A DNA stretch of 64,000 bases from Balanoglossus misakiensis (lineage: Eukaryota; Animalia; Hemichordata). The notes beneath the pieces were generated by a model, which was given only the letters and a program-made list of their open reading frames with translations, was not told the DNA's origin and did no database searches. The stretch covers positions 9,185,200 through 9,249,199 of the forward strand of contig CM082593.2 of assembly GCA_040954595.2 (NCBI GenBank). Direction: 5' to 3'. Positions 25,162 to 39,116 of the stretch are shown piece by piece. A program made the position numbers and the translations under genes. Each line of letters starts with the position of its first letter. Position 1 is the first letter of the stretch.

Positions 25162-25598
25162 ATACCTCATGCTAATACTGTGCCGTGATTCGCCAGAATC
25201 CGTCACGTGATAGGAAAATAGAATCGACTATGAACCGTTAGGGAAATAGCAGAAAAAATATAAACCGATCACATGACAAACGTGGTCACGTCAATCAGCG
25301 TCGCGTCTGACACAATGGCCACTGCTGAAGATGTCGTCTGCCAACCTCAAGAGAAAATTGCATGATTTTCCAAACTGTCAGCATGAGGTTTATTATAAAA
25401 CACCTATAGCCTGGCCTATATTCGGGCCATAGCAGCCGTTTTTACCCCCACGTGGCTGTGAGTTACCAGAATCATACGCTATTTCCCACGGCCTGCGGCC
25501 TCGGGAAATAGCATATGATTCTGGTAACTCACAACCCCTCCGGTGTAATAAACGGCCGCTATGGCCCTCATGGCCAGGCAATAGGTGTTCAATATAAT
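25162..25598. mobile_element. 437-bp double-inverted-repeat insertion flanked by TATAAT (opposite orientation to 22545-22858)
   Basis: Empty site tgtaaTATAATctg at ~23741, ~32597 and ~38370. IR pair tataatatacctcatgct / agcatgaggtttattata, then a ~205-bp hairpin at 25393-25597. Confidence 0.88.
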
Positions 25599-25771
25599 CT
25601 GGAAATTTCGTGAAAATTAGATAAAACATGATTGAGACACGGAACATCAAACATTGCAAATTTTCATATCTTACCATGGTGCCATGCAAAAAATAGAGAG
25701 ATTTTTTTACAAGTTTAGATGATATCCTGTAAAACTGAAAGAAGTAATCTTCTGTGAATCTTGCATTTTTA

Positions 25772-28335
25772 TGTTGGAACCATGTTAACCGCTTTGGTCC
25801 CTCAAATGCTGCTTTTAGTAAATGTTTTAATTGTCTTCTTCATGGCGGCCATATTGGATTTTCGGATAACCTTTAAAAGTTGACATTTTTTTCAAAAACT
25901 ACAGGGCCAATCAAGTTCTAATTTACTGTGCAGTTCAATGTTTGACAATAATATCATTAGTGGTCATGTGGCTTTGGATTTTTGAAAAAATATCATTAAA
26001 AAATTTCAAAAATCTATTTCTAATCAAGTTTTCAAGTAAATTGTGATTGGGTAAACCTTATTGAAGCCAAATTGGATTTTCTGATCTCCAATAAAAGACT
26101 AAAATTTCCTATTTCTAGCCTGCTCATTGAAACCACACAAATTCTTTTTATGGATATGAGTCACCATATGACCAGAATATATCACAATTATTAGACTACT
26201 TTCACATGTTCTTTGATCAAGTTTTTACAGAACTTGATTAAACAATGTGTTTGCGACTCTCGCATGTCCTTTGATCCAGTAATTCCAGAACTTATTTTAT
26301 GTGGATATGCCTCTTGTTAAAAAGCACAACAGTCATAATTTTGTTCACATGAGTACGACTGCTGCCAGGACATAACCCAAATCTTTTGATAATTTTGGCA
26401 ATGACCTTTGCTGCCAGGACATAACCCAAATCTTTTGATAATTTTGGCAATGACCTTTGATCTACTATCCCATTACTTGGAATAAACAGCAAATACAGTC
26501 TTCAAATTTTTTTGGCTGGAACACCTAATGAAGTATTAAACTTTAACACAATAATTATGTACATAAGCTATTTCAAGTGAACCAAAAGAGCTTAGAAGTC
26601 TGTTTTCTGTTGGACACAGCTCAGTTTGATATCAAAATTTGTTGGCCAAAATTTGCGTGACCTCTGGCTTACTTACCATTTCTCAGCATCCATAACAGAT
26701 AAAGCCTTTGCTTTCTGTTGGAACCATGCTAACCGCTTTGGTCCCTCCAATGCTGCTTTTAGTTTTAATTGTCTTCTTCATGGCGGCCATATTGGATTTT
26801 CGTATAACCTTTAAAAATTGACATCTTATAAAACAACTACAAGGCAAATCAAGTTCTAATTTACTGTGCGGTTCAATGACAATAATAAAACTTGAATAAA
26901 CAATTTGTTTGCGACTCTCGCATGTCCTTTGATCCAGTAATTCCAGAACTTATTTTATGTGGATATGCCCTTTGATCCAGTAATTCCAGAACTTATTTTA
27001 TGTGGATATGCCTCTTGTTAAAAAGCACAACAGTCATGATTTTGTTCACATGAGTACTGCTGCTGCCAGGAAATAACCAAAATATTTTGCTAATTATGGC
27101 AATGACCTTTGATCTACTTTTCCATAAGTTGGCATGCACAGCAGATACAGTCTTCAAATTTGGAGGACTGAAACAACTAATGAAGTATTAAACTTTAACA
27201 CAATAATTTTGTACATAAGCTATTTCAAGTAAACAAATGGAGCTTACAAGTCTGGTTTTTGTTGGACACTGATCAGTTTAAGATCAAAAATTTGTGTCAC
27301 AATTTTGCGTGACCTCTGGCTTACTTTACCATTTCTTGGCATCCACAACAAAACAGCCTTTGCTTTCTGTTGGAACCATGCTAACCGCTTGGGCCTGTCC
27401 CATTTCTTCTTAATGGTGGCCATATTGGATATTCTGATAACCCTTAAAAATTTACATCTTTTCAACGACTACAAGGCAAATCAAGTTCTAATTTACTGTG
27501 CGGTTCAATGTTTGACAACAATATCATTAGTGGTCATGTCACTTTGGTTGCCATATTGGATTTTTGAAAAATCTCATGAAAAATTTCACAAATCTTTTTC
27601 TAATCAAGTTTTCAAGTAAATTGTGATTGGGTAAACCTTATTGAGCCAAATTGGATTTTCTGATCTCCGATAAAAGACTAATATTTCCTATTTCTAGCCT
27701 GCTCATTGAAACCACACAAATTCTTTTTATGGATATGAGTCACCATATGACCAGAATATATCACAATTATTAGACTACTTTCACATGTTCTTTGATCAAG
27801 TTTTTACAGAACTTGATTTAAACAATTTATTTGCGACTCTCGCTTGTCCTTTGATCCAGTTATTCCAGAACTTATTTTATGTGGATATGCCTCTTGTTAA
27901 AAAGCACAGCAGTCATGATTTTGTTCACACGAGTACTACTGCTGCCAGGACAAAACCCAAATCTTTTGATAATTTTGGCAATGACCTTTGATCTACTATC
28001 CCATGCCTTGGAATGTACAGCAGATACAGCCTTCAAATTTGGTGGACTGGAACACCTAATGAAGTATTAAACTTTAACACAATAATTATGTACATAAGCT
28101 ATTTCAAGTTAACCAATAGAGCTTAGAAGTCTGGTTTTTTGTTGGACACTGATCAGTTTGATATCAAATTTTGTTAGCACAATTTTGCATGACCTCTGGC
28201 TTACTTTACCATTTCTTGGCATCCACAACAGAAACAGCCTTTGCTTTCTTTTGGAACCATGCTTACCACTTTGGTCCCTCCAATGCAGCATGTTGCTTTA
28301 ATTGTCTTCTTCATGGTTGCCATATTGGATTTTTT
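25772..28335 (+). repeat. Head-to-tail array of 5'-truncated Helentron-type units (~0.6-0.95 kb each); duplicate at ~34628-37190
   Basis: Units start gtcttcttcatggcggccatattggatttt and most end ..ccaatgc(t/a)gc....(t/c)tttaatt. They are homologous to 45742-46999. Confidence 0.8.
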
Positions 28336-28513
28336 GGAGATGCGTTTAACGTCAGAGTTGGAAGTATTTTTAGTAAAGTCTGGGAAGTGACATGTCTTCA
28401 AAGTGACTGATGTTATCTGCTAAGAGCTGAATGCCCATGGGTGTTCTTTCCTAGATTTTACATTTTCTTAGCATTTTATAGACCTGTGTATAACTATAAT
28501 TTAATTATAAATA

Positions 28514-31500
28514 ATTTATGACTTTCATTTATGGTGCGATTATAATATCCTGAATATCATCGTATGTCACAACAATGCACTTCGAAGACTTCTTGGTCAC
28601 CCGGACACGAAAGTGCCTCTAAAATATTTGTTCTAAACGCCGTAAACTGCTTCTCCGTCATGAGAAGAAAAGTCGCTTTTAATTTTTCTGTTCGTCTCTG
28701 TACTAGTCCCAATGTTTTGATCAATCGTCTTGTCTCATGAGATATGCGCTTTTATGGACTACATACCCACTGGATTGACATTTTACATTGATTCTTAAAA
28801 CTATTATATTTTTTACATTTATTTTATTTATTACTTTTCTAGTGTTTTTGTCAGTTTTTGTAACCTATTTCTATGGACGGTTGTGTCTGAAATAAAGGTA
28901 AATAATAATCATAATAATAATAAAATAATAATTACGATCCCGAGATTACGATAAGCATAGGGACATTATAACGAGCCAACGTGAAACTGACATGGAAACG
29001 ATCGACAGTACGGTAGAGCACAGTGACTGCTGGTAGAGCGAGCGTGTTGCTGTGCGGGAGGCATTTACCATGTTTGTTTACAACACACACCGACATGACC
29101 TGTGGCCGCAGTTGCAGCCTCCTAAGCGACCTAACCCCCCAAGCAGTTTACGATCTCGGGTATCGTGGTCTGACTGACCAAAATGACACAGAAAGAGAAA
29201 CACATTAGGAAGTATTATAGCTCTGTTTCCTCGAAGTCGAATAAGTGTTCACAACACAAGGCACATCAAACCCGTTGCTCAGACATCGGAAGTTTGCAGT
29301 TCGCTTGCCTGGTTTGAAATGCGTGGCTGTGGTAGAAATTACCCACTGTGCCCCCCCCCCCCCCGATTTTATTGTGTAGACAATGAGGCACTCACACTCA
29401 AAAAGCAAATGAGATATTCTTTCGAATGCGAGCATGTTCCAGAGCGTTCTAAAGAAATAAAATATGCAGCTGTAGCATGTATGCATATTCATTAGTGTGT
29501 CGTAATGCTAACTTTGGTCTGTGATTGGGTAACACGTTCTACTCACCATAACAACAGGTGATCATTGATCCGTTTCCGGTGTGCGACGCCGGGTTTCGAC
29601 CACTTTCCTTCTACTTGCCGCGGGATCAAGACGTCTTTTCGGTAGGCTCATAATCGAATCATTGCTTTTAGTACAATAGCCTATTTAGCTATGTTACCGT
29701 CACTCGATTGTTTTGTCTGGTATTGGGTGACTTGCAGCTATCCGTACAACACCTTGTAGTTGAACAGAAGTAGGTTTAATTCCAGAAACAATTCCGAGCT
29801 ACGGGCGTGCAGCTAGCCTCTCGGCTATTCTGGGTATGGCTGCGCTGGCTCCCGAATCAGGAGACCAGGAAGTCATAATCAAGAAAGTCTAGTCATATTT
29901 ATAGGGTTATATTTTGTGAGAATTTTATTGCTAGGCCTCTTGCCTAAGCGCACGTAGGGCCAGTTTGTGAGATTGAAAAGGATGGCAGCGCTGCAGGATG
30001 TTTAGTGTCAAAATAGTCGACCATACTGTCGAACGGTTGTGGCAAAATGGCACGTCACTGTGGCGACATAAGGTACGGGTAGAACGTTTTTCTCTGGAAA
30101 GTCTCTTTGCTGGTGGACGGAACGATAGTTGCATACGTATAGTCTTTGTTTAGCGGAAGGTCAGGAAACCACGGTATTTTTCCATACATAATTCCATACG
30201 TTCTTTGAGGTTTTTATATGAGTCACCTCGGTGTTTGCAGGTGTTTTTTTTTTAATTTTACGGTTTAAACGTGGTTGGTGTATTTTCGCTTTTCTGGTGA
30301 GATTTCCACCTCTCCGTTGGCATACTTAAAAAATTATCCTAATTTTTATTGGGAAAACCGATAAAACCAAAACCACAACTAAAGAAAATGTCTTAAACAT
30401 TTTAACTTAGGCATTGTAATCTGTTTGGTGATAACCCTTTTAGCTTTGAGAGATAACCGATTTGATGTTTTAGTATAAGCCAATTTTTTGACCAGGGCGA
30501 CAAGGATTTTTTCTCCTAGAGTCGTGTTGCTTGGAAGCATACTTTTGTATGTGTGGTCCCAGTTGATGAAAACCTGGTTGATGAAAAATGTGCATATTTA
30601 TAATTTTGTAGCAATTTTCGCCATTTTTGGTCAAAAATTGTTTCCTCTAAAACCGCTTGTGAGATTGCTTTCAAATTTGGTAGGCTTGTTCCTTGGGGAT
30701 AATTAAATGAGATGTTTAAAAAAAATACTTGAAATTTACATATTTGCGTTTTGTGTGTGAAAGTTGTGGAATTTTTCATCAAAAATTATTTTCTTTCAAA
30801 CTGCATGTCAGATCGCCTTGAGCTTTGGTAGGCATGTTCCCTGAAGCGATTGAAGTAAGATATTATACAATTTTGGAGAAAATACTGATTTTTCTGAAAC
30901 TGCATATGGGATTGCTTTGAAATTTGATAGGAATATTCCAATGGGTAACCCAAGTTTTGTCTGATTGTGTTGATTACCCTATACTGAGACTCACTAAGTA
31001 CACTATATGTTTATATTACTAGGGAGTTCAGAATCCAATATGGCCACCATTCAAAGTGGGACATGCTGTATAATCTGATTGATTTCTAAACTTGTCATAT
31101 TTTAATTTGTCGGTCTTGCAAATAAAAATAAAATTCCAAAAACTGAGTAACTTTCGTTTCTTCCCGCTTGTTAACGTCATATGTTGGTGTTGTCCATTTC
31201 AACGATTATCATCTAAGCGTCCCGAAACACTGATAAGAACTCCAATATTATTAGCCAGAGTAAACTGAGATTTTTATGCTGAAGTCGGCATATGGTCTTT
31301 TTCCTCCTACTGGGAAAGTGGCTAGAGTCAATCAGTGCATAATGGCAGCATTACATGTCACTGAATAAATGGCAGGGGTATTTACATCTCTGTATTTTTT
31401 TCACTTAAAACATTATAAATCTCTAACAGTATATTATAGTATTGTGTATGCAACTTGGAGATGCGTTTTACTTCAGAGTTGGAAGTATTTTTTAGTAAAG

Positions 31501-34500
31501 TCTGGGAAGTGACATGTCTTCAAAGTGACTGATGTTATCTGCTAAGAGCTGAATGCCCATGGGTGTTCTTTCCTAGATTTTACATTTTCTTAGCATTTCA
31601 TAGACCTGTGTATAATTAAAATTTCAGTTATATATTCTAATTTGAGTTTAGGAAGGGTATGCATGGAATTAAAGTAATTATTCTGTAATTACCCAACCAA
31701 ATATGTTGTCTAACTAATGGATATTTTGATTGTCAATTTGCACAGGCAACATTATTGAAGTAGCATTAAGAGTAGTTGATAATATAGCAGAGCTTCTAAC
31801 TGGAAAGAAGAGCTTAGTAAATTTATCAGCTCATAATATTCCTTTAACCAATGAACTTTATATGAACTTGCACACCTGCGTTAAAGATACAGGGATTAAT
31901 GTTCAGGAAACCTTACCAGCTCTAGTAAATTTATTTGAGCCAGAAATTGAATTACCAAAAAAAATCAGTAATTTCATAAAGACACAGTCAGAAAAGAAAC
32001 AGAGAAAGCCAGCAAGGAAGGGAGAAAAGTGGAATACATGAACGACACAGTTTGCTTAAAATACGTGTGTGTGCTGTAAAAACTGTATGGTGCAACGGCG
32101 TCAATTTTTATGATTTATAAGCAGCCAGTCTTTCCATGCATATCATACCAAAATTTAATATGAAATTCTTGTTAATGTTAATAGTCTACAAGGATAGTAC
32201 AGGTAACATGTTGAAATTAAACTATCAAACTTTCTCCACTTTTGATATCCGCTCGACACAGGCAAGCAAAAGGGCCGATCTGAGACTATGACTTGAATGA
32301 TGGCAATTTTTGCTGTCCAGAAGTAACTGTATAGCATTTATTTGGTAGTAATATCAGCTTTATGATTGCTAAAAATACATCAGAATTTAAATATTTCCAC
32401 TTACTACAGTGATTGAACTGATTTTCAGCAAATTGCAGTGTATAAACAAATATTGCCATCTAATGAAATGTCAACCCAATTAAGGCCGCCTATTTGCAAT
32501 GGTAAAATGCTAGGTTTACCATATTTGAGCGCCTGGGAATTTAAATTATAATCCAGATATCAAAAACTTAAGTCACTATCTGTATCTGCACATATATTGT
32601 AATATAATCTGAAAATTTCGTGAAAATTAGATCAAACATGATCGAGACACAGAAGATCAAACATTGCAAATTTTCATATTTTACCATGGTGCCATGCAAA
32701 AAATAGAGAGATTTTTTTTACAAGTTTAGATGATCTCCTGTAAAACTGAAAGAAGTAATCTTCTGTGAATCTTGCATTTTTATGTTGGAACCATGCAAAC
32801 CACTTTGGCCCCTGCAATGCAGCATGTTGCTTTAATTGTCTTCTTCATGGTTGCCATATTGGATTTTTTGGAGATGCGTTTCACTTCAGAGTTTGAAGTT
32901 TTTTTAGTAAAGTCTGGGAAGTGACATGTCTTCAAAGTGACTGATGTTATCTGCTAAGAGCTGAATGCCATGGGTGTTCTTTCCTGGATTTTACATTTTC
33001 TTAGCATTTCATAGACCTGTTTATAATTATAATTTCAGTTATATATTCTAATTTGAGTTTAGGTAGAGTATGCATGGAATTAAAGTAATTATTCTGTAAT
33101 TACCCAACCAAATATGTTGTCTAACTAATGGATATTTTGATTGTCAATTTGCACAGGCAACATTATTGAAGTAGCATTGAGAGTAGTTGATAATATAGCA
33201 GAGCTTCTAACTGGAAAGAAGAGCTTAGTAAATTTATCAGCTCATAATATTCCTTTAACCAATGAACTTTATATGAACTTGCACACCTGCGTTAAAGATA
33301 CAGGGATTAATGTTCAGGAAACCTTACCAGCTCTAGTACATTTATTTGAGCCAGAAGTTGAATTACCAAAAAAAATCAGTAATTTCATAAAGACACAGTC
33401 AGAAAAGAAATAGACAAAGCCAGCAAGGAAGGGAGAAAAGTGGAATACATGAAAGACACAGTGTGCTTAAAATACATGTGTGTGCAGTAAAAACTGTATG
33501 GTGCAACGGCGTCCATTTTCATGATTTATAGCCAGCCAGTCTTTCCATGCATATCATACCAAAATTTAATATGAAATTCTTGTTAATGTTAATAGTCTAC
33601 AAGGATAGTACAGGTAACATGTAGAAATTAAACTATCCAACTTTCTCCACTTTTGATATCCACTCGACACAGGCAAGCAAAAGGGCCGATCTGAGACTTT
33701 GACTTGAATGATGGCAATTTTTGCTGTTCAGAAGTAACTGTATAAAATGTTTTTGGTAGTAATATCAGCTTTATGATTGCTAAAATACACAAGACTTTAA
33801 ATATTTCCACTTACTACAGTGATTGAACTGATTTTCAGCAAATTGCAGTGTATAAAAAAATATTGCCATCTAATGAAATGTCAACCCAATATGGCCGCCC
33901 ATTTGCAATGGTAAAATGCTAGGTTTACCATATTTGAGCGCCTGGGAATTTAAATTATAATCCAGATATCAAAAACTTAAGTCACTATCTGTATCTGCAC
34001 ATATATTGTATTATAATATACCTCATGCTAATACTGTGCCGTGATTCGCCAGAATCCGTCACGTGATAGGAAAATAGAATCGACTATGAACCGTTAGGGA
34101 AATAGCAGAAAAAATATAAACCGATCACATGACAAACGTGGTCACGTCAATCAGCGTCGCGTCTGACACAATGGCCACTGCTGAAGATGTCGTCTGCCAA
34201 CCTCAAGAGAAAATTGCATGATTTTCCAAACTGTCAGCATGAGGTTTATTATAAAACACCTATAGCCTGGCCTATATTCGGGCCATAGCAGCCGTTTTTA
34301 CCCCCACATGGCTGTGAGTTACCAGAATCATACGCTATTTCCCACGGCCTGCGGCCTCGGGAAATAGCATATGATTCTGGTAACTCACAACCCCTCCGGT
34401 GTAATAAACGGCCGCTATGGCCCTCATGGCCAGGCAATAGGTGTTCAATATAATCTGGAAATTTCGTGAAAATTAGATAAAACATGATTGAGACACGGAA

Positions 34501-37358
34501 CATCAAACATTGCAAATTTTCATATCTTACCATGGTGCCATGCAAAAAATAGAGAGATTTTTTTACAAGTTTAGATGATATCCTGTAAAACTGAAAGAAG
34601 TAATCTTCTGTGAATCTTGCATTTTTATGTTGGAACCATGTTAACCGCTTTGGTCCCTCAAATGCTGCTTTTAGTAAATGTTTTAATTGTCTTCTTCATG
34701 GCGGCCATATTGGATTTTCGGATAACCTTTAAAAGTTGACATTTTTTTCAAAAACTACAGGGCCAATCAAGTTCTAATTTACTGTGCAGTTCAATGTTTG
34801 ACAATAATATCATTAGTGGTCATGTGGCTTTGGATTTTTGAAAAAATATCATTAAAAAATTTCAAAAATCTATTTCTAATCAAGTTTTCAAGTAAATTGT
34901 GATTGGGTAAACCTTATTGAAGCCAAATTGGATTTTCTGATCTCCAATAAAAGACTAAAATTTCCTATTTCTAGCCTGCTCATTGAAACCACACAAATTC
35001 TTTTTATGGATATGAGTCACCATATGACCAGAATATATCACAATTATTAGACTACTTTCACATGTTCTTTGATCAAGTTTTTACAGAACTTGATTAAACA
35101 ATGTGTTTGCGACTCTCGCATGTCCTTTGATCCAGTAATTCCAGAACTTATTTTATGTGGATATGCCTCTTGTTAAAAAGCACAACAGTCATAATTTTGT
35201 TCACATGAGTACGACTGCTGCCAGGACATAACCCAAATCTTTTGATAATTTTGGCAATGACCTTTGCTGCCAGGACATAACCCAAATCTTTTGATAATTT
35301 TGGCAATGACCTTTGATCTACTATCCCATTACTTGGAATAAACAGCAAATACAGTCTTCAAATTTTTTTGGCTGGAACACCTAATGAAGTATTAAACTTT
35401 AACACAATAATTATGTACATAAGCTATTTCAAGTGAACCAAAAGAGCTTAGAAGTCTGTTTTCTGTTGGACACAGCTCAGTTTGATATCAAAATTTGTTG
35501 GCCAAAATTTGCGTGACCTCTGGCTTACTTACCATTTCTCAGCATCCATAACAGATAAAGCCTTTGCTTTCTGTTGGAACCATGCTAACCGCTTTGGTCC
35601 CTCCAATGCTGCTTTTAGTTTTAATTGTCTTCTTCATGGCGGCCATATTGGATTTTCGTATAACCTTTAAAAATTGACATCTTATAAAACAACTACAAGG
35701 CAAATCAAGTTCTAATTTACTGTGCGGTTCAATGACAATAATAAAACTTGAATAAACAATTTGTTTGCGACTCTCGCATGTCCTTTGATCCAGTAATTCC
35801 AGAACTTATTTTATGTGGATATGCCCTTTGATCCAGTAATTCCAGAACTTATTTTATGTGGATATGCCTCTTGTTAAAAAGCACAACAGTCATGATTTTG
35901 TTCACATGAGTACTGCTGCTGCCAGGAAATAACCAAAATATTTTGCTAATTATGGCAATGACCTTTGATCTACTTTTCCATAAGTTGGCATGCACAGCAG
36001 ATACAGTCTTCAAATTTGGAGGACTGAAACAACTAATGAAGTATTAAACTTTAACACAATAATTTTGTACATAAGCTATTTCAAGTAAACAAATGGAGCT
36101 TACAAGTCTGGTTTTTGTTGGACACTGATCAGTTTAAGATCAAAAATTTGTGTCACAATTTTGCGTGACCTCTGGCTTACTTTACCATTTCTTGGCATCC
36201 ACAACAAAACAGCCTTTGCTTTCTGTTGGAACCATGCTAACCGCTTGGGCCTGTCCCATTTCTTCTTAATGGTGGCCATATTGGATATTCTGATAACCCT
36301 TAAAAATTGACATCTTTTCAACGACTACAAGGCAAATCAAGTTCTAATTTACTGTGCGGTTCAATGTTTGACAACAATATCATTAGTGGTCATGTCACTT
36401 TGGTTGCCATATTGGATTTTTGAAAAATCTCATGAAAAATTTCACAAATCTTTTTCTAATCAAGTTTTCAAGTAAATTGTGATTGGGTAAACCTTATTGA
36501 GCCAAATTGGATTTTCTGATCTCCGATAAAAGACTAATATTTCCTATTTCTAGCCTGCTCATTGAAACCACACAAATTCTTTTTATGGATATGAGTCACC
36601 ATATGACCAGAATATATCACAATTATTAGACTACTTTCACATGTTCTTTGATCAAGTTTTTACAGAACTTGATTTAAACAATTTATTTGCGACTCTCGCT
36701 TGTCCTTTGATCCAGTTATTCCAGAACTTATTTTATGTGGATATGCCTCTTGTTAAAAAGCACAGCAGTCATGATTTTGTTCACACGAGTACTACTGCTG
36801 CCAGGACAAAACCCAAATCTTTTGATAATTTTGGCAATGACCTTTGATCTACTATCCCATGCCTTGGAATGTACAGCAGATACAGCCTTCAAATTTGGTG
36901 GACTGGAACACCTAATGAAGTATTAAACTTTAACACAATAATTATGTACATAAGCTATTTCAAGTTAACCAATAGAGCTTAGAAGTCTGGTTTTTTGTTG
37001 GACACTGATCAGTTTGATATCAAATTTTGTTAGCACAATTTTGCATGACCTCTGGCTTACTTTACCATTTCTTGGCATCCACAACAGAAACAGCCTTTGC
37101 TTTCTTTTGGAACCATGCTTACCACTTTGGTCCCTCCAATGCAGCATGTTGCTTTAATTGTCTTCTTCATGGTTGCCATATTGGATTTTTTGGAGATGCG
37201 TTTAACGTCAGAGTTGGAAGTATTTTTAGTAAAGTCTGGGAAGTGACATGTCTTCAAAGTGACTGATGTTATCTGCTAAGAGCTGAATGCCCATGGGTGT
37301 TCTTTCCTAGATTTTACATTTTCTTAGCATTTTATAGACCTGTGTATAACTATAATTT
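28514..37358. repeat. Segmental tandem duplication, copy 2 (~8.85 kb)
   Basis: Near-identical to copy 1 but lacks the 22545-22858 insertion. An 11-nt filler (aattataaata, 28503-28513) sits at the junction. Confidence 0.96.
34018..34454. mobile_element. Duplicate of the 437-bp double-IR element
   Basis: Same as 25162-25598 at +8856. Confidence 0.88.
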
Positions 37359-39116
37359 TAGTTATATATTCTAATTTGAGTTTAGGTAGAGTATGCATGG
37401 AATTATAGTTATTATTCTGTAATTACCCAACCAAATATGTTGTCTAACTAATGGATATTTTGATTGTCAATTTGCACAGGCAACATTATTGAAGTAGCAT
37501 TGAGAGTAGTTGTTAATATAGCAGAGCTTCTAACTGGAAAGAAGAGCTTAGTAAATTTATCAGCTCATAATATTCCTTTAACCAATGAACTTTATATGAA
37601 CTTGCACACCTGCGTTAAAGATACAGGGATTAATTTTCAGGAAACCTTACCAGCTCTAGTACAATTTTTTGAGCCAGAAATTGAATTACCCCCCCCCCCC
37701 CCCCCCCAAAAAAAAAAAAATAAAAAAAAAAAAAAAAAAATGGTAATTTTATAAAGACACAGTCAGAAAAAAAACAGAGAAAGCCAGCAAGGAAGGGAGA
37801 AAAGGGGAATACATGAAAGGCACAGTTTGCTTAAAATACGTGTGTATGCAGTAAAACTGTATGGTGCAACGGCGTCCATTTTTATGATTTATAGCCAGCC
37901 AGTCTTTCCATGCATATCATACCAGAATTTAATATGAAATTCTTGTTAATGTTAATAGTCTACAAGGATAGTACAGGTAACATGTAGAAATTAAACTATC
38001 CAACTTTCTCCACTTTTGATATCTGCTCGACACAGGCAAGCAAAAGGGCCGATCTGAGACTTTGACTTGAATGGTGGCAATTTTTGCTGTCCAGAAGCAA
38101 CTGTATAACATTTTTTTGATAGTAATATCAGCTTTATGATTGCTAAAATACACAAGAATTTAAATATTTCCACTTACTACAGTGATTGAACTGATTTTCA
38201 GCAAATTGCAATGTATAAACAAATATTGCCATCTAATGAAATGTCAACCCAATATGGCCGCCCATTTGCAATGGTAAAATGCTAGGTTTACCATATTTGA
38301 GCGCCTGTGAATTTAAATTATAATCCAGATATCAAAAACATAAGTCACTATCTGTATCTGCACATATATTGTAATATAATCTGAAAATTTCGTGAAAATT
38401 AGATCAAACATGATTTAGACACGGAACATCAAACATTGCAAATTTTCATATTTTACCATGGTTCCATGCAAAAAATAGAGAGATTTTTTTTACAAGTTTA
38501 GATGATCTCCTGTAAAACTGAAAGAAGTAATCTTCTGTGAATCTTACATTTTTATATAATTTGGTAAAATTCTTTGAAAAATGGTGAAGATACTTGAGAA
38601 TCTCAGTATTATTTGATGCGTTTGTACGCTGAAATCCGGTGAACCGATTTTGATAATTTTCTTTGTTATAACCTACTAAGATGTATAAACATTTTTATCA
38701 GAAAAATAAACGGCAATCTTGGAGTAAATTTTTAACTGATCTTCCTTATATAATTTTAATGGTCCAGCTGTTACAGGGACCACCAGCTATTTTATTATAA
38801 AGTGGTGGTAGGTCAGTGAATGCCTCTGTCTGATTGGACTAATTAATTTGTCATACTCGCATGTATTTTTACAGACAGTTTTTGGACAAAAATCAGTTGT
38901 TGTTTTTTAGTGTAGCTTGTAAGATTGCTGTGACACATAACACTTTATTTGGCATAGTTAATTTTTTTATGTTTCCATAGTATTTAAATATTAATGCCAT
39001 ATATGCTTGCCAATGTCGCCCCTGAATTTAATTCTGGTGAATACCTAATTTCTGAGTAATCCCCAAAGGGCACCACAGTGTCCTTTACATTATTTTATAA
39101 GAAGTAAATTATACAT

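Larger units (their letters stand above)
19344..28502. repeat. Segmental tandem duplication, copy 1 (~9.16 kb)
   Basis: atttatgactttc at 19344 recurs at 28514. The ORF track repeats at +9170/9171 before the 314-bp insertion and at +8857/8856 after it. Confidence 0.96.
22284..38554 (+). repeat. Five copies of a ~1.33-kb exon-bearing cassette (~22284-23926, 24011-25771, 31455-32782, 32868-34627, 37191-38554) plus a partial copy at 28336-28502
   Basis: Each starts ttggagatgcg and ends gaatctt(g/a)catttttat. The ORF track shows MSICTGNIIEVALRVV.. five times. Confidence 0.9.
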
